Shown in pieces: positions 1 through 9,451 of a stretch of 64,000 nt of DNA (within the stretch, counting starts at the first letter, position 1; each line of letters opens with the position of its first letter). The stretch spans positions 15,494 through 79,493 of the forward strand of contig JAXSPP010000007.1 of assembly GCA_037927135.1 (NCBI GenBank), read 5' to 3'. The position numbers and the translations under genes were made by a program. A model generated the notes under the pieces. It was given only the letters and a program-made list of their open reading frames with translations, was not told the origin of the DNA and searched no databases. Origin of the DNA: Candidatus Pampinifervens sinense. Lineage in GTDB: Bacteria; Aquificota; Aquificia; Aquificales; Aquificaceae.

Positions 1-7
1 AGCAAGT

Positions 8-3000
8 TTGTTCAAAGGCCTTTGTCCCAACTGTGGAGGAGATATTAGCGCAGAAAGGCTCAGTCTAGGCCTTCCTTGCGAGAGGTGCATGCCAAAGGTG
101 GAAAAGGATTACTGTAGGCATATGTTAAGGGAGGGAGAGCTCAGCAAAGTGTGCCACATGGAAGAGGAGCTAAAAAGGTGGGAAAAGCACTTTGAAAAGC
201 ATCTTAGGTCCAAGCCTTGGAGCCTTCAGGAGAGCTGGGCAAAGAGGGTGTTCCTTGGAAACTCCTTTGGCCTTTTGGCACCCACCGGCGTGGGTAAAAC
301 CTCCTTTGGTGTATCTATGGCAAGCTATTTGGCAAAGAAGGGCAAAAAGTCTTACATAATACTTCCTACCAAGGTATTGGTAGATTTGACAGTCCAAAAA
401 CTAAAAGGCTTTGGACTAAAGGAAGAGGACATACTTTACTTTTCCGATGATAGTGCAAAGCAAAAAGAGATAAAGAAGGCAAGACTGCAAGAGGGGGACT
501 TTAAAGTTCTTGTTAGCACCTCCATGTTCTTATACAAAAATCAGGAGATCATACCCAAAAACTTTGACTTTATCTTTGTGGATGATGTGGACTCCTTCTT
601 AAAGACGGCAAAGAACATAGACAAGCTTTTACTTCTTCTTGGCTTTGATATGGAAGATATTGATCTTGCCATGAGGCTCATAAGGCTAAAGGAAAAGAGG
701 AACAAGGATGAAGAAGATTGGGAGGGGCTAAAAGAGCTTGCAGAGAAAGTAAAGGAGGTTTCCAAAAAGAGAAGGGGTGTGCTTGTGGTATCTTCGGCCA
801 CTTCCAACCCAAGGTCAAGCAGGATAAAGCTCTTTAGAGAACTCCTTGGCTTTGAGGTGGGCACACCCACCTTCTACCTTAGGAATGTGGTGGACCTGTA
901 CGAGGATATAAACAAAAGGCCTTTGGAGGAGTGGATTAGACTCCTTGGCAAGGGTGGGTTGCTCTTTATACCTTCAGATAGAAAGAAGGAGTTTGTGGAT
1001 GAGGTGGTCTCTTACCTTCAGGAGAAGGGCATAAGGGCTGTCTCCTATGAGAAGCTTGACGATGAGGTGCTAAAAAGCTACGAAGAAGGTGAGATAGACA
1101 TACTTGTGGGCATATCCTCTTACAGGAATCCTCTTGCCAGAGGCATAGACCTGCCCCATGTGATAAGGTATGCCATCTTTTACGGAGTTCCGAAGATAGT
1201 CATCTCTTTGAGGTTTGAAAACAACCTTTCTCACCTCTTGTGGGCCCTTATGTCTTTGAGGAGCCTTGTGGCCAAAAGGCTACCGCAAAGGCTAAGAGAT
1301 ATAGATAGATGGCTTGAAAGCTTGCAAAGGTACCAGTATTTGACGGAGGAGTTTTTAAAGGACAGGCCAGAGCTTGCACAAAGGATAGAAAGGCTAAAGG
1401 AAGAGGTGGGAAGCTTTTTAACCTCCCAAGAGGTGATTGACCTTCTTATGAGCTCTGAGGAGATAACCCTAAGGAAGACGGAAGAAGGCTACCAGATGGT
1501 AGTATCGGACGCCACTGGCTATCTGCAGGCAAGCGGCAGAACTTCGCGCATGTTCGCCGGAGGCATCAGTAAAGGCCTTAGCCTTCTTCTCGTTGATGAC
1601 AAAAGGGCCTTCAAACACCTCATAAGGAAGGTAAAGTGGTTCAATGAAGATATAAACTTTAAAGGCTTGGAAGAGGTAAACCTTGAAGAGCTATTAAAAG
1701 AGGTGGACAAAGATAGGCAGAAGATAAGGGCCTTTTTACAAGGGGAAGAAAGGCCACAAAACAAAGAGGTTCTAAAGCCTGTGCTTATAGTGGTGGAGTC
1801 TCCAAACAAGGCAAGGACCATAGCCAACTTCTTTGGCAAGGCTGTAAGGAGAAGGGTGGGGGACCATGAGCTTATGGAGACCTCAGCAGGAGATAGATAC
1901 ATAATGATCACCTCAAGCTTTGGCCATGTTTTGGACCTAAACAAGGAAGAGGGCTTTCACGGTGTTTATGTGAACGGCAAGCCTGTGCCTGTGTATGAAG
2001 TCATTGAAGGCAAAGACAGGATTGTGGAAAGCCTAAGGCGTATGGCCCTTGAGGCACAAGAGGTGCTCATAGCCACAGACCCAGACACGGAAGGGGAAAA
2101 GATAGCATGGGATCTATCAGAACTACTAAAGCCCTACAATCCAAACATAAAGAGGATGGAGTTTCATGAGGTCACCAGAAAGGCTATAGCCAAGGCTATA
2201 AAGGAAACGAGGGACTTTGACTATAACTTGGTAAAAGCCCAAGTTTTAAGAAGGGTTGCGGACAGATGGGTAGGCTTTGAATTTTCAAGGCTTTTGCAAC
2301 ATGCCTTTGGCAAGCATTGGCTCTCTGCGGGTAGAGTTCAAACACCTGTTTTGGGATGGATCATACAAAGGGAAAGAGAATACAGACAGAAGATATACAA
2401 GGTGGTCTTTCCTATAGATGAAGAGGGAAGGTTGAGGGTAGAGTGGGTCTTTGAAGACAAAGAGTCTGCCCAAAGCTTTTATGAAAGACTTTCCAAGGTG
2501 CAAGTGGAGCTTTTAGAAGAGAGGGAAGAGGATAGGAACCCTCCACCACCCTTTAGCACAGATACTATGCTAAAGGCTGCAAGCGATGCCTATAGGTGGT
2601 CTTTGCCAAAGACCATGAGCCTTGCCCAAACCCTCTTTGAGCTTGGTTATATAACCTACCACAGGACAGACTCCACAAGGGTATCGGACTACGGTATAGG
2701 AGTGGCCAAGGAATACATAAAGGAGGAGTTCGGAGAGGAGTATTTCCATGCGAGGGTGTGGGGAGAGGGAGGAGCCCATGAGTGTATTAGGCCTACAAAG
2801 GCCATAGAGCCGGAGGAGCTAAGGGCCTTGGTCTTGAGCGGTCAGGTGGAAGGGCTAACGAGGGATCACCTTTTGCTCTATGGTCTTATCTTCAACCGTT
2901 TTATGGCAAGCCAAATGAGGCCTGTAAGATTAAAGGTTTTGAAGCTAAGGGTTGAGGCTTTGGATAGAAGTCAAGAGGTAGAGGTGCCAGTGCAGATATT

Positions 3001-3433
3001 GCAAGACGGCTTCAACAGGCTTTTGCCGGTGGAAGTTTATAGGCCCTTGCTTGGCACTCTGGATGTGTCTCAAAGGAAGAATATGCTCTCAAGGCCAAAG
3101 GCCTACCTTTATACCCATGGAGAGCTTGTTCAGGAAATGAAAAGAAGAGGCATAGGAAGACCATCAACCTACGCCAGCATAGTGGAAAAGCTCATAGAAA
3201 GGGGCTATGTGATAGAGAGGAAAAGCTTTCTTATCCCTACCAATCTTGGCAAAGAGGTTTATAACTACCTTAACAGTAGAGAGGAGATAAAACACTTTCT
3301 TGAAGAAGAGTTCACAAGGAGGCTTGAGGAGCTTATGGACAAGGTAGAGGCAGGTGTAGAAGACTATGTAGATATACTTATGAAGCTCTATAGAGATATA
3401 ATAGAAGTTGATAAAAAATTGGAGGTGTTGTGA
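8..3433 (+). CDS. rgy: Reverse gyrase (helicase-topoisomerase IA fusion); 5' end possibly outside the window
   Basis: 1141-aa ORF. N-terminal Zn finger CPNCGG..PCERC. Helicase Walker A APTGVGKT and FVDDVD box. C-terminal topo IA module with VESPNKA, DPDTEGE and ITYHRTDS. The ORF starts at TTG nt 8 and stays open to nt 2, so the true start may be upstream. Confidence 0.95.
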   Translation: MFKGLCPNCGGDISAERLSLGLPCERCMPKVEKDYCRHMLREGELSKVCHMEEELKRWEKHFEKHLRSKPWSLQESWAKRVFLGNSFGLLAPTGVGKTSFGVSMASYLAKKGKKSYIILPTKVLVDLTVQKLKGFGLKEEDILYFSDDSAKQKEIKKARLQEGDFKVLVSTSMFLYKNQEIIPKNFDFIFVDDVDSFLKTAKNIDKLLLLLGFDMEDIDLAMRLIRLKEKRNKDEEDWEGLKELAEKVKEVSKKRRGVLVVSSATSNPRSSRIKLFRELLGFEVGTPTFYLRNVVDLYEDINKRPLEEWIRLLGKGGLLFIPSDRKKEFVDEVVSYLQEKGIRAVSYEKLDDEVLKSYEEGEIDILVGISSYRNPLARGIDLPHVIRYAIFYGVPKIVISLRFENNLSHLLWALMSLRSLVAKRLPQRLRDIDRWLESLQRYQYLTEEFLKDRPELAQRIERLKEEVGSFLTSQEVIDLLMSSEEITLRKTEEGYQMVVSDATGYLQASGRTSRMFAGGISKGLSLLLVDDKRAFKHLIRKVKWFNEDINFKGLEEVNLEELLKEVDKDRQKIRAFLQGEERPQNKEVLKPVLIVVESPNKARTIANFFGKAVRRRVGDHELMETSAGDRYIMITSSFGHVLDLNKEEGFHGVYVNGKPVPVYEVIEGKDRIVESLRRMALEAQEVLIATDPDTEGEKIAWDLSELLKPYNPNIKRMEFHEVTRKAIAKAIKETRDFDYNLVKAQVLRRVADRWVGFEFSRLLQHAFGKHWLSAGRVQTPVLGWIIQREREYRQKIYKVVFPIDEEGRLRVEWVFEDKESAQSFYERLSKVQVELLEEREEDRNPPPPFSTDTMLKAASDAYRWSLPKTMSLAQTLFELGYITYHRTDSTRVSDYGIGVAKEYIKEEFGEEYFHARVWGEGGAHECIRPTKAIEPEELRALVLSGQVEGLTRDHLLLYGLIFNRFMASQMRPVRLKVLKLRVEALDRSQEVEVPVQILQDGFNRLLPVEVYRPLLGTLDVSQRKNMLSRPKAYLYTHGELVQEMKRRGIGRPSTYASIVEKLIERGYVIERKSFLIPTNLGKEVYNYLNSREEIKHFLEEEFTRRLEELMDKVEAGVEDYVDILMKLYRDIIEVDKKLEVL

Positions 3434-3831
3434 TGCTTCTACTTCATCCATTCTTTGCCTACCCTACCCTCATCCTAGCCCTTTTTGTTTTTGGTCTACA
3501 GATGGCCTTAATCGTGAAATCAAGGAGTGTGCCAAGGTATGGTGTATATCTTAATGGCCTTCTTGTCATCTTTGCCCTCCTTTCTGTGGTTTTTGGCTTT
3601 GATGTTTCAAACATACCTCTTGTGCAATCAAAAGCACCCTTCATATGGACCTTTCCTCACAAGTGGGTAGGTATCCTTCTCTTCCTCCTTTCATTGCTCA
3701 GCTTTATAGTCTTTTGGTTTAAGGGAGAAGGGGTAAGCAGGAAGATGGTATTGCTTCCATCCATAGGCTTATTACTTACCCTTTTCCAGCTCTTTACAGG
3801 CTGGATGCTAAGACTTGTCTTTTTCTCCTAA
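3430..3831 (+). CDS. Hypothetical integral membrane protein (about 4 TM)
   Basis: 133-aa ORF. GTG 3430 / ATG 3433 overlaps the rgy stop (GTGATG). It has four hydrophobic stretches. No family recognised. Confidence 0.5.
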   Translation: MMLLLHPFFAYPTLILALFVFGLQMALIVKSRSVPRYGVYLNGLLVIFALLSVVFGFDVSNIPLVQSKAPFIWTFPHKWVGILLFLLSLLSFIVFWFKGEGVSRKMVLLPSIGLLLTLFQLFTGWMLRLVFFS

Positions 3832-3851
3832 TTGGCATAGCTTTATAGACT

Positions 3852-5747
3852 ATGCTGGAAAGGTATGAGCTTTTAAGAGAGTATGAGGGGCCTGCCTACC
3901 TTAAAGAGTATGACTATGAAAAACTTCAAAGGCTTGCGGAAGAGGTAAGGGATTACATAATAGAGGTTACCGCTAAAAACGGTGGCCATGTGGCACCAAG
4001 CCTAGGTGTTGTAGAGCTCACCATAGCCCTTTTGAGGGTCTTTGACCCTCCAAAGGACATAATAGTCTGGGATATAGGCCATCAGGCATACCCTTGGAAG
4101 ATCTTAACAGATAGGAAAGATCTGTTTCCAACCCTCAGACAGTACGGTGGTATATCGGGCTTTTTGAGAAGGGAAGAGAGCCCCTTTGACGCCTTTGGTG
4201 CAGGTCATAGCTCCACCTCCATATCGGCAGCCCTTGGCTTCAGAAAGGCCCTTGACCTTATGGGAGACCAAGAGAGGTATGTGGTAGCAGTCATAGGCGA
4301 TGGTGCCATGACGGCAGGCATGGCCTTTGAGGCTCTCAATAATGCAGGACACTTGAGGCCAGACAGGTTTATTGTGATACTCAACGACAATGAGATGTCC
4401 ATATCTCCTAATGTGGGAGCCATTTCCACCTATCTTAGCAAGATAATAAGCGGTCACTTTGTTCAAGAGACAAGGCAAAAGATAAAAAGGCTTCTTGAAC
4501 ACTTTGGAAGCCCAACCCTGAGGGTTATGAAGCTCACAGAGGAGTTTTTAAAGGGGCTTATCTCTCCCGGCGTTCTCTTTGAAGAGCTAGGCTTTAACTA
4601 CATAGGTCCAGTGGATGGCCACGACCTTCCAGCCTTAGAAAGGACCCTTGAAAACATAAAGCATATAAAAGGGCCTGTGCTTTTGCATATATACACGAAG
4701 AAAGGTAAAGGCTACAAGCCTGCAGAGAACGATCCCGTCACTTGGCACGGTGTTGCTCCCTATAAGAGAGATTCGGGAGAGTTCATTAAAAAACCTTCTC
4801 CACCCACATGGTCCTCTGTCTTTGGAAAGGCCATAGTAGAGCTAGCAGAGAAAGATCCAAGTATAGTGGTTATAACTCCCGCCATGAAGGAAGGCTCAGG
4901 CCTTGTGGAGTTCAGTCAAAGGTTTCCTGATAGGTTCTTTGATGTGGGCATTGCAGAACAGCATGCTTGCACCTTTGCAGGTGGCCTTGCGGCAGGAGGT
5001 CTAAAGCCTGTGGCATGCTACTACTCTACTTTCCTTCAGAGGGCCTATGACCAAGTTATACATGACATAGCCCTTCAGAACCTTCCTGTGGTCTTTGCCA
5101 TAGATAGGGGTGGCCTGGTGGGCGATGATGGACCAACCCATCATGGAGTCTTTGACCTCTCTTACCTCAGGTGCATTCCCAACATGGTAGTGAGCGCTCC
5201 GAAGGATGAGCAGGAGCTAAGGGACCTACTTTACACAGCCCTACAGCACAATGGGCCCTTTGCCATAAGGTATCCAAGGGGTCCAGCCTACGGCGTGCCC
5301 ACAGAGGGCTTTAGGCTTCTGAAGGTAGGAAGCTGGGAGGTGCTAAAGGATGGAAAAGACGGTGTTATACTGGCTGTGGGCTATCCTGTCTATCAGGCCC
5401 TGGAGGCCTCTCAGGAGCTCCTAAAAGAGGGCTTGGACTTTGCCGTTGTAAACGCAAGGTTTGTAAAGCCAATGGATGAAGATCTTCTTGAGAGGCTTGC
5501 CCAAAGTTATGAGCTTTTTATCACAGTGGAAGACAATGTGATAATGGGGGGCTTTGGCTCCGGCGTTCTTGAATGGCTTGCTCAAAAGGGCTACATCAAA
5601 AGGGTTTTGAACATTGGTATTCCAGACAGGTTTATAGAGCATGGAAACCAAAATCTTTTAAGGAGCCTTGTGGGAATAGACGCAAAGGGCATAAAGGAGA
5701 GGATCTTGGAGTTTGTAAGAGGAGAAAGGCTATCTTTGAGATACTAA
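3852..5747 (+). CDS. dxs: 1-deoxy-D-xylulose-5-phosphate synthase
   Basis: 631-aa ORF. It has a DXS-type N-terminus (GGHVAPSLGVVELT), the TPP-binding block GDGAMTAGMAFEALN...NDNEMSI, and transketolase-like middle and C-terminal domains. Confidence 0.95.
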   Translation: MLERYELLREYEGPAYLKEYDYEKLQRLAEEVRDYIIEVTAKNGGHVAPSLGVVELTIALLRVFDPPKDIIVWDIGHQAYPWKILTDRKDLFPTLRQYGGISGFLRREESPFDAFGAGHSSTSISAALGFRKALDLMGDQERYVVAVIGDGAMTAGMAFEALNNAGHLRPDRFIVILNDNEMSISPNVGAISTYLSKIISGHFVQETRQKIKRLLEHFGSPTLRVMKLTEEFLKGLISPGVLFEELGFNYIGPVDGHDLPALERTLENIKHIKGPVLLHIYTKKGKGYKPAENDPVTWHGVAPYKRDSGEFIKKPSPPTWSSVFGKAIVELAEKDPSIVVITPAMKEGSGLVEFSQRFPDRFFDVGIAEQHACTFAGGLAAGGLKPVACYYSTFLQRAYDQVIHDIALQNLPVVFAIDRGGLVGDDGPTHHGVFDLSYLRCIPNMVVSAPKDEQELRDLLYTALQHNGPFAIRYPRGPAYGVPTEGFRLLKVGSWEVLKDGKDGVILAVGYPVYQALEASQELLKEGLDFAVVNARFVKPMDEDLLERLAQSYELFITVEDNVIMGGFGSGVLEWLAQKGYIKRVLNIGIPDRFIEHGNQNLLRSLVGIDAKGIKERILEFVRGERLSLRY

Positions 5748-6335
5748 AGGGTTAAAACACTCCCCCGTAGCCACCACTATCTTCCCATCTTTTCCAGAAA
5801 GGATTAATGCCCTATTCATAAGGTAGCAAAGGCCCGCAAGCCAACAGGCTATAGCATCCAGCTCATCCTGAGAATAAGGTCTTTCTTCCAGCTCAAAGGG
5901 CAAGCTTTTATAAAAGCTAAGGATGGCATCCTTGTTCTTCCTGGCTATTCCCCAAAGGTCATACATGGCACCCGGAAAGGTCTCTAAAACTTCCAAACCT
6001 TCTGATCTTAAGATACTCGCAAGCCTCATACCCCTTTCTGTAAGCATCCTCATAGGTCCAAGGCTTATTGGAAAGAACCTGTGTCCACTTTTCTTCAAAA
6101 GGAGGTCGCATTCTCTAAAATGAGGTCCTCTGTCCTCTATGCTTTTTCTTCCCTCTGGCAATGAGAGAGGAGCGTCTATCATTACAAGCTTAAAGCCCTT
6201 TGAAATCTCCAGTATTTCCTCATCTGTATACAGTGTGCCCACTACAAGCTTTTTATCCTTTAAGAAGGCATAGCCCGTTTTCCTCTTTGGACTTCCTGCA
6301 AGGTCAAGACCTAATACTCTCTCCCAGTCTTTCAA
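5730..6335 (-). CDS. DUF429-like (RNase H-fold) hypothetical protein
   Basis: 201-aa ORF with a TTG start. The N-terminal LGLDLAGSPKRKTG motif and the length resemble the DUF429 family. The 3' end overlaps the dxs 3' end by 18 nt. The 5' end overlaps the hldD 3' end by 32 nt. Confidence 0.55.
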   Translation of the reverse strand: MKDWERVLGLDLAGSPKRKTGYAFLKDKKLVVGTLYTDEEILEISKGFKLVMIDAPLSLPEGRKSIEDRGPHFRECDLLLKKSGHRFFPISLGPMRMLTERGMRLASILRSEGLEVLETFPGAMYDLWGIARKNKDAILSFYKSLPFELEERPYSQDELDAIACWLAGLCYLMNRALILSGKDGKIVVATGECFNPLVSQR

Positions 6336-7236
6336 GATAATCCCTTATCCCATCCTCTAACCTATACTTTGGCCTGTAGTCCAAAAGCCTTTCCGCCTTT
6401 GATATATCTGCTTGAGTGTGCTTTTGATAAAAGTCATAAGGACAGTCAAAGTATTCCACCTCATAGTTTGTGCCAAGGTATCTGTTTAAGATATCCACAA
6501 TTTCATTAAAGCTTCTTGCCTCTCCTGTAGCTATGTTAAAAATGCCTGAAATATCTTTTTCTAAGGCTAAAAGGTTTGCCTCAATAACGTCCTCTATGTA
6601 GACAAAGTCCCTCTTTTGCTCTCCCCATTTGAAAAGCCTTGGCCTTTTGCCTTCCTTCATCTGCCTGTATAGCTGGTATATCATGCTGGCAGTCTTCCCT
6701 TTGTATTGCTCACCCGGTCCATAGACGTTAAAGTATCTAAAGCCCACCACTTGAATGTGTTTGTTCTCTTCCATAAAAGATAAGGCTATGCGATCCATCA
6801 TAAGTTTGGAAAAGCCATAGATGTTCTCTGGCACCAAGCCTTCTTCTTCCCTCATGGGAGGAGGGCTGTTCCCATAAACGCCCGCAGAGGAGGCATATAT
6901 TAGCTTAGCATTCCAATAAAGGCATGCACTCAATATATACCTTAAGCTGTCCGCATTTACTCTTAGCATCTTAAACTGGTCCTGCACCGTTGTGTCCGTT
7001 ATGGCACCTTTGTGAAAGACCACATCAAAGGTAAAGTTATTTTTTAGCCATTCCCAAAGCTCTGGGTCTGAGAGGTCTCCCGTTATCACCTCTCCTCTAA
7101 AGCCCAGAAGGTTTTTAAAGTGTCCTGAAGAGAAGTTGTCTAAGACATAGACCTTTGCCTTGGGGTAGCGCCTTTCAACGGCCTTTGCCAAATTGGAGCC
7201 TATAAAGCCCGCACCGCCAGTTATCAAAACCCTCAT
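6304..7236 (-). CDS. hldD: ADP-L-glycero-D-manno-heptose 6-epimerase (SDR epimerase family)
   Basis: 310-aa ORF. Rossmann motif TGGAGFIGSN, catalytic YGFSK, and the blocks VGFRYFNVYGPGE..KG..AS, KRDFVYIEDV and TQADISK. These match my memory of E. coli HldD, which is also 310 aa. Confidence 0.75.
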   Translation of the reverse strand: MRVLITGGAGFIGSNLAKAVERRYPKAKVYVLDNFSSGHFKNLLGFRGEVITGDLSDPELWEWLKNNFTFDVVFHKGAITDTTVQDQFKMLRVNADSLRYILSACLYWNAKLIYASSAGVYGNSPPPMREEEGLVPENIYGFSKLMMDRIALSFMEENKHIQVVGFRYFNVYGPGEQYKGKTASMIYQLYRQMKEGKRPRLFKWGEQKRDFVYIEDVIEANLLALEKDISGIFNIATGEARSFNEIVDILNRYLGTNYEVEYFDCPYDFYQKHTQADISKAERLLDYRPKYRLEDGIRDYLERLGESIRS

Positions 7237-8732
7237 CTTCTCTTACCTTTTTTCTTGGCAGGTTTTTCTTCCTTAAAGGTTAGCCTCTTTATCACATAAG
7301 TTTGACCAAGGTTAAAGATGTTGTTGAGTGTCCAATAGAGCACAAGGCCAGCGGGGAAGTTGGCAAAGAGGAAGGTAAAGAAGACAGAGCTTATGATCAT
7401 TATGTAGTTTTGGGATTTTTCTGGGCTTGGGCTTATGAACTGCTGAGCTATCATAGTAATGCCCATGATCACAGGAAGTATGTAATATGGATCCTTTTGG
7501 GCAAGGCTTTGTATCCAGAGGAACTTGGCAAGCTGTAGGTCTGCCGTTATGGTAAGCACCTTATACAGGGCAAAGAAGATGGGTATCTGCAAAAGGATGG
7601 GAAGACATCCAGACATGGGGTTAAAGCCCACCTCTTGGTAGAGCTTCATCATCTCCTCTTGGAACTTAACAGGGTCGTTCTTGTACTTTTCCTTTAGCTC
7701 TTGCATCTTTGGTGCAAGCTCGGCCATCTTGCTCATGGCCACAGTGCTCTTGTATGTGAGGGGGAACATGAGAAGTCTAACTATTAAAGTGAGGGCAATA
7801 ATGGAGAAGACCCAAGAGTGAAGATGTTCGTATATCCAATACATAAAGATAAATAGGGGCTTTACTATAAGCCTTAGAGTGCCAAAGTCTATGGTGTCGG
7901 AGAGACCTATGGCCCTTAGCCTTGAGTACTCTTTGGCACCGGCGTAGAAGAGAAGCTTGCCATCTGGCTTTACCAAGGTAATTGTGTTTTTATTTTCTAT
8001 CTTATAAATTGCTACCGCCGAAATGGGGCCAGAAAAACCCTTAAAGTAATACCTGCTTTCTTCTCCAGCAAACTTAATATCTCCAGTTATAAGCTGTTTT
8101 CCTTCCACCTTTTCCACATCTATCCTCTCCACACTGTCGCCTATCTTCACTATAGGACCCGCATGGGTGAAAAACTCATCCTCTTGAACCCTCATACCAG
8201 CGGAAACAAATACAGAAGGAAGGCCTGAAGATTCTATGCTTAGAGAAAAGTAATCACCTTTATACTCCAATATCTTTTTAATCTCAAAGTTTTCGGCCTT
8301 TAGCCTTGCCACTATCTGGTTATTTTGGGTATAGACCTCGTAGCGCGAAAAGTTAAGAAGGTAGTCTATCTGTGGGTCTCCTGTGAAGACTTCAAGTGGG
8401 TATAAGTTTAGCCTTTTTTCCTCTTCCGTTATAAGCTCCCTTTTATACTTTTTATCCGTCAAGCTTACTACCTTTGCACCCTCCTCTGAGAGCACCAGAC
8501 TAAACCTTTCAAAATCAAAGGTTCTCAAGTTTCTAGGTTTTTCTTTTTCTCTTGAAGTTCCAAGGAGCAAAGAGGGCACATCCTTTATAGTTTCTTTGAC
8601 TTGTCTTTGAACCTGCTGTGAAGTTTCTTGTGGTGCAAACAGGATAAGGTAGGCTTGATAAGCAAAAAGAAAGAGGGTTATGACTACAAAGATGATAAAG
8701 AGCTTTTTAAGGTCCAGATCGTGTCTTTCCAT
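7233..8732 (-). CDS. yidC: Membrane protein insertase YidC
   Basis: 499-aa ORF. N-terminal TM, large periplasmic domain, and a C-terminal 5-TM core (IVRLLMFPL, GCLPILLQIPIFFALY) with a basic tail. It sits in the conserved rpmH-yidD-yidC context. Confidence 0.93.
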   Translation of the reverse strand: MERHDLDLKKLFIIFVVITLFLFAYQAYLILFAPQETSQQVQRQVKETIKDVPSLLLGTSREKEKPRNLRTFDFERFSLVLSEEGAKVVSLTDKKYKRELITEEEKRLNLYPLEVFTGDPQIDYLLNFSRYEVYTQNNQIVARLKAENFEIKKILEYKGDYFSLSIESSGLPSVFVSAGMRVQEDEFFTHAGPIVKIGDSVERIDVEKVEGKQLITGDIKFAGEESRYYFKGFSGPISAVAIYKIENKNTITLVKPDGKLLFYAGAKEYSRLRAIGLSDTIDFGTLRLIVKPLFIFMYWIYEHLHSWVFSIIALTLIVRLLMFPLTYKSTVAMSKMAELAPKMQELKEKYKNDPVKFQEEMMKLYQEVGFNPMSGCLPILLQIPIFFALYKVLTITADLQLAKFLWIQSLAQKDPYYILPVIMGITMIAQQFISPSPEKSQNYIMIISSVFFTFLFANFPAGLVLYWTLNNIFNLGQTYVIKRLTFKEEKPAKKKGKRR

Positions 8733-8938
8733 CAGGGATAATCCACACCACCCTTAGAAAAGGGGTTGCATCTTAGCACTCTCCACACAGCCTTGATCAT
8801 ACCCTTAAGAACTCCATGCTTTTCCACAGCCAATATGGCATACTCAGAACAGGAGGGGTAATACCTACAGCTAGGAGGGTAAAGGGGAGATACGAACATC
8901 TGCCAAAACCTAAGTAAGCCTATAACCACCCTCTTCAA
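8732..8938 (-). CDS. yidD: Membrane protein insertion efficiency factor YidD
   Basis: 68-aa ORF with the YidD signature [20 protein letters not shown]. The TTG start overlaps the rpmH stop. The stop overlaps the yidC start. Confidence 0.85.
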   Translation of the reverse strand: MKRVVIGLLRFWQMFVSPLYPPSCRYYPSCSEYAILAVEKHGVLKGMIKAVWRVLRCNPFSKGGVDYP

Positions 8939-9078
8939 GGTGCCAATCTCTTCCTTCCCTTTTTCCTTCTTCTCTTTATTATAGCCCTTCCACTCTTGGT
9001 AGCCATACGGGCAAGGAAACCACTTTTTCGCTTACGCTTCAGATTGGAGATACGCGTTACATTCCTTTTGGTAGCCAT
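8935..9078 (-). CDS. rpmH: 50S ribosomal protein L34
   Basis: This gene is below the ORF-track size cut-off. Hand translation gives [47 protein letters not shown], which carries the L34 signature GF.ARM.T..GR...RR..KGRK.L. GGAGG lies 6 nt upstream of the ATG at 9078. Confidence 0.9.
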   Translation of the reverse strand: MATKRNVTRISNLKRKRKSGFLARMATKSGRAIIKRRRKKGRKRLAP

Positions 9079-9092
9079 ACTATACCTCCATT

Positions 9093-9112
9093 AAAAAGGG
9101 GCAAAGAGCCCC
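9093..9112 (-). terminator. Putative intrinsic terminator or attenuating hairpin after atpE
   Basis: The minus-strand RNA reads GGGGC-UCUUU-GCCCC followed by UUUUU. It starts 1 nt after the atpE stop and ends about 3 nt before the rpmH Shine-Dalgarno. Confidence 0.5.
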
Positions 9113-9113
9113 A

Positions 9114-9422
9114 TTATTTTACGAATAGAAGTATTATAGCTATAAGCAAGGCATAAAGAGCCAAAGTCTCTATAAAGGCAAGGCCTATAAACATTATGGT
9201 TTGCAATCTTCCACCAACGGTGGGGTTCCTGGCCACACCTTCCTGTGTGCCCCTTACCGCATGACCCATGCCAATACCTGTTCCCAAGGCTGCAAGCCCT
9301 ATGGCAAGGCCTGCACCAAGGAACATAAGTCCCTGTTTAAGAGAATCCCCCTGACCAGGTTCTGCAGCAACAGCCATAAAAGGCACCAACAGCGCCAAGG
9401 CGGTCATAAGCTTCCTTTTCAT
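9114..9422 (-). CDS. atpE: F0F1 ATP synthase subunit c
   Basis: The track ORF is 9114..9440. An SD-supported ATG lies at 9422 (AAGGAGG, 8 nt, ATG). It has a glycine-rich helix 1 (GLAIGLAALGTGIGMG), an RNP loop and a helix-2 carboxylate (FIETLALY). A hydrophobic N-terminal extension of about 25 aa precedes these. Confidence 0.9.
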   Translation of the reverse strand: MKRKLMTALALLVPFMAVAAEPGQGDSLKQGLMFLGAGLAIGLAALGTGIGMGHAVRGTQEGVARNPTVGGRLQTIMFIGLAFIETLALYALLIAIILLFVK

Positions 9423-9451
9423 TTTATCAACCTCCTTCAATGGATTTATTA

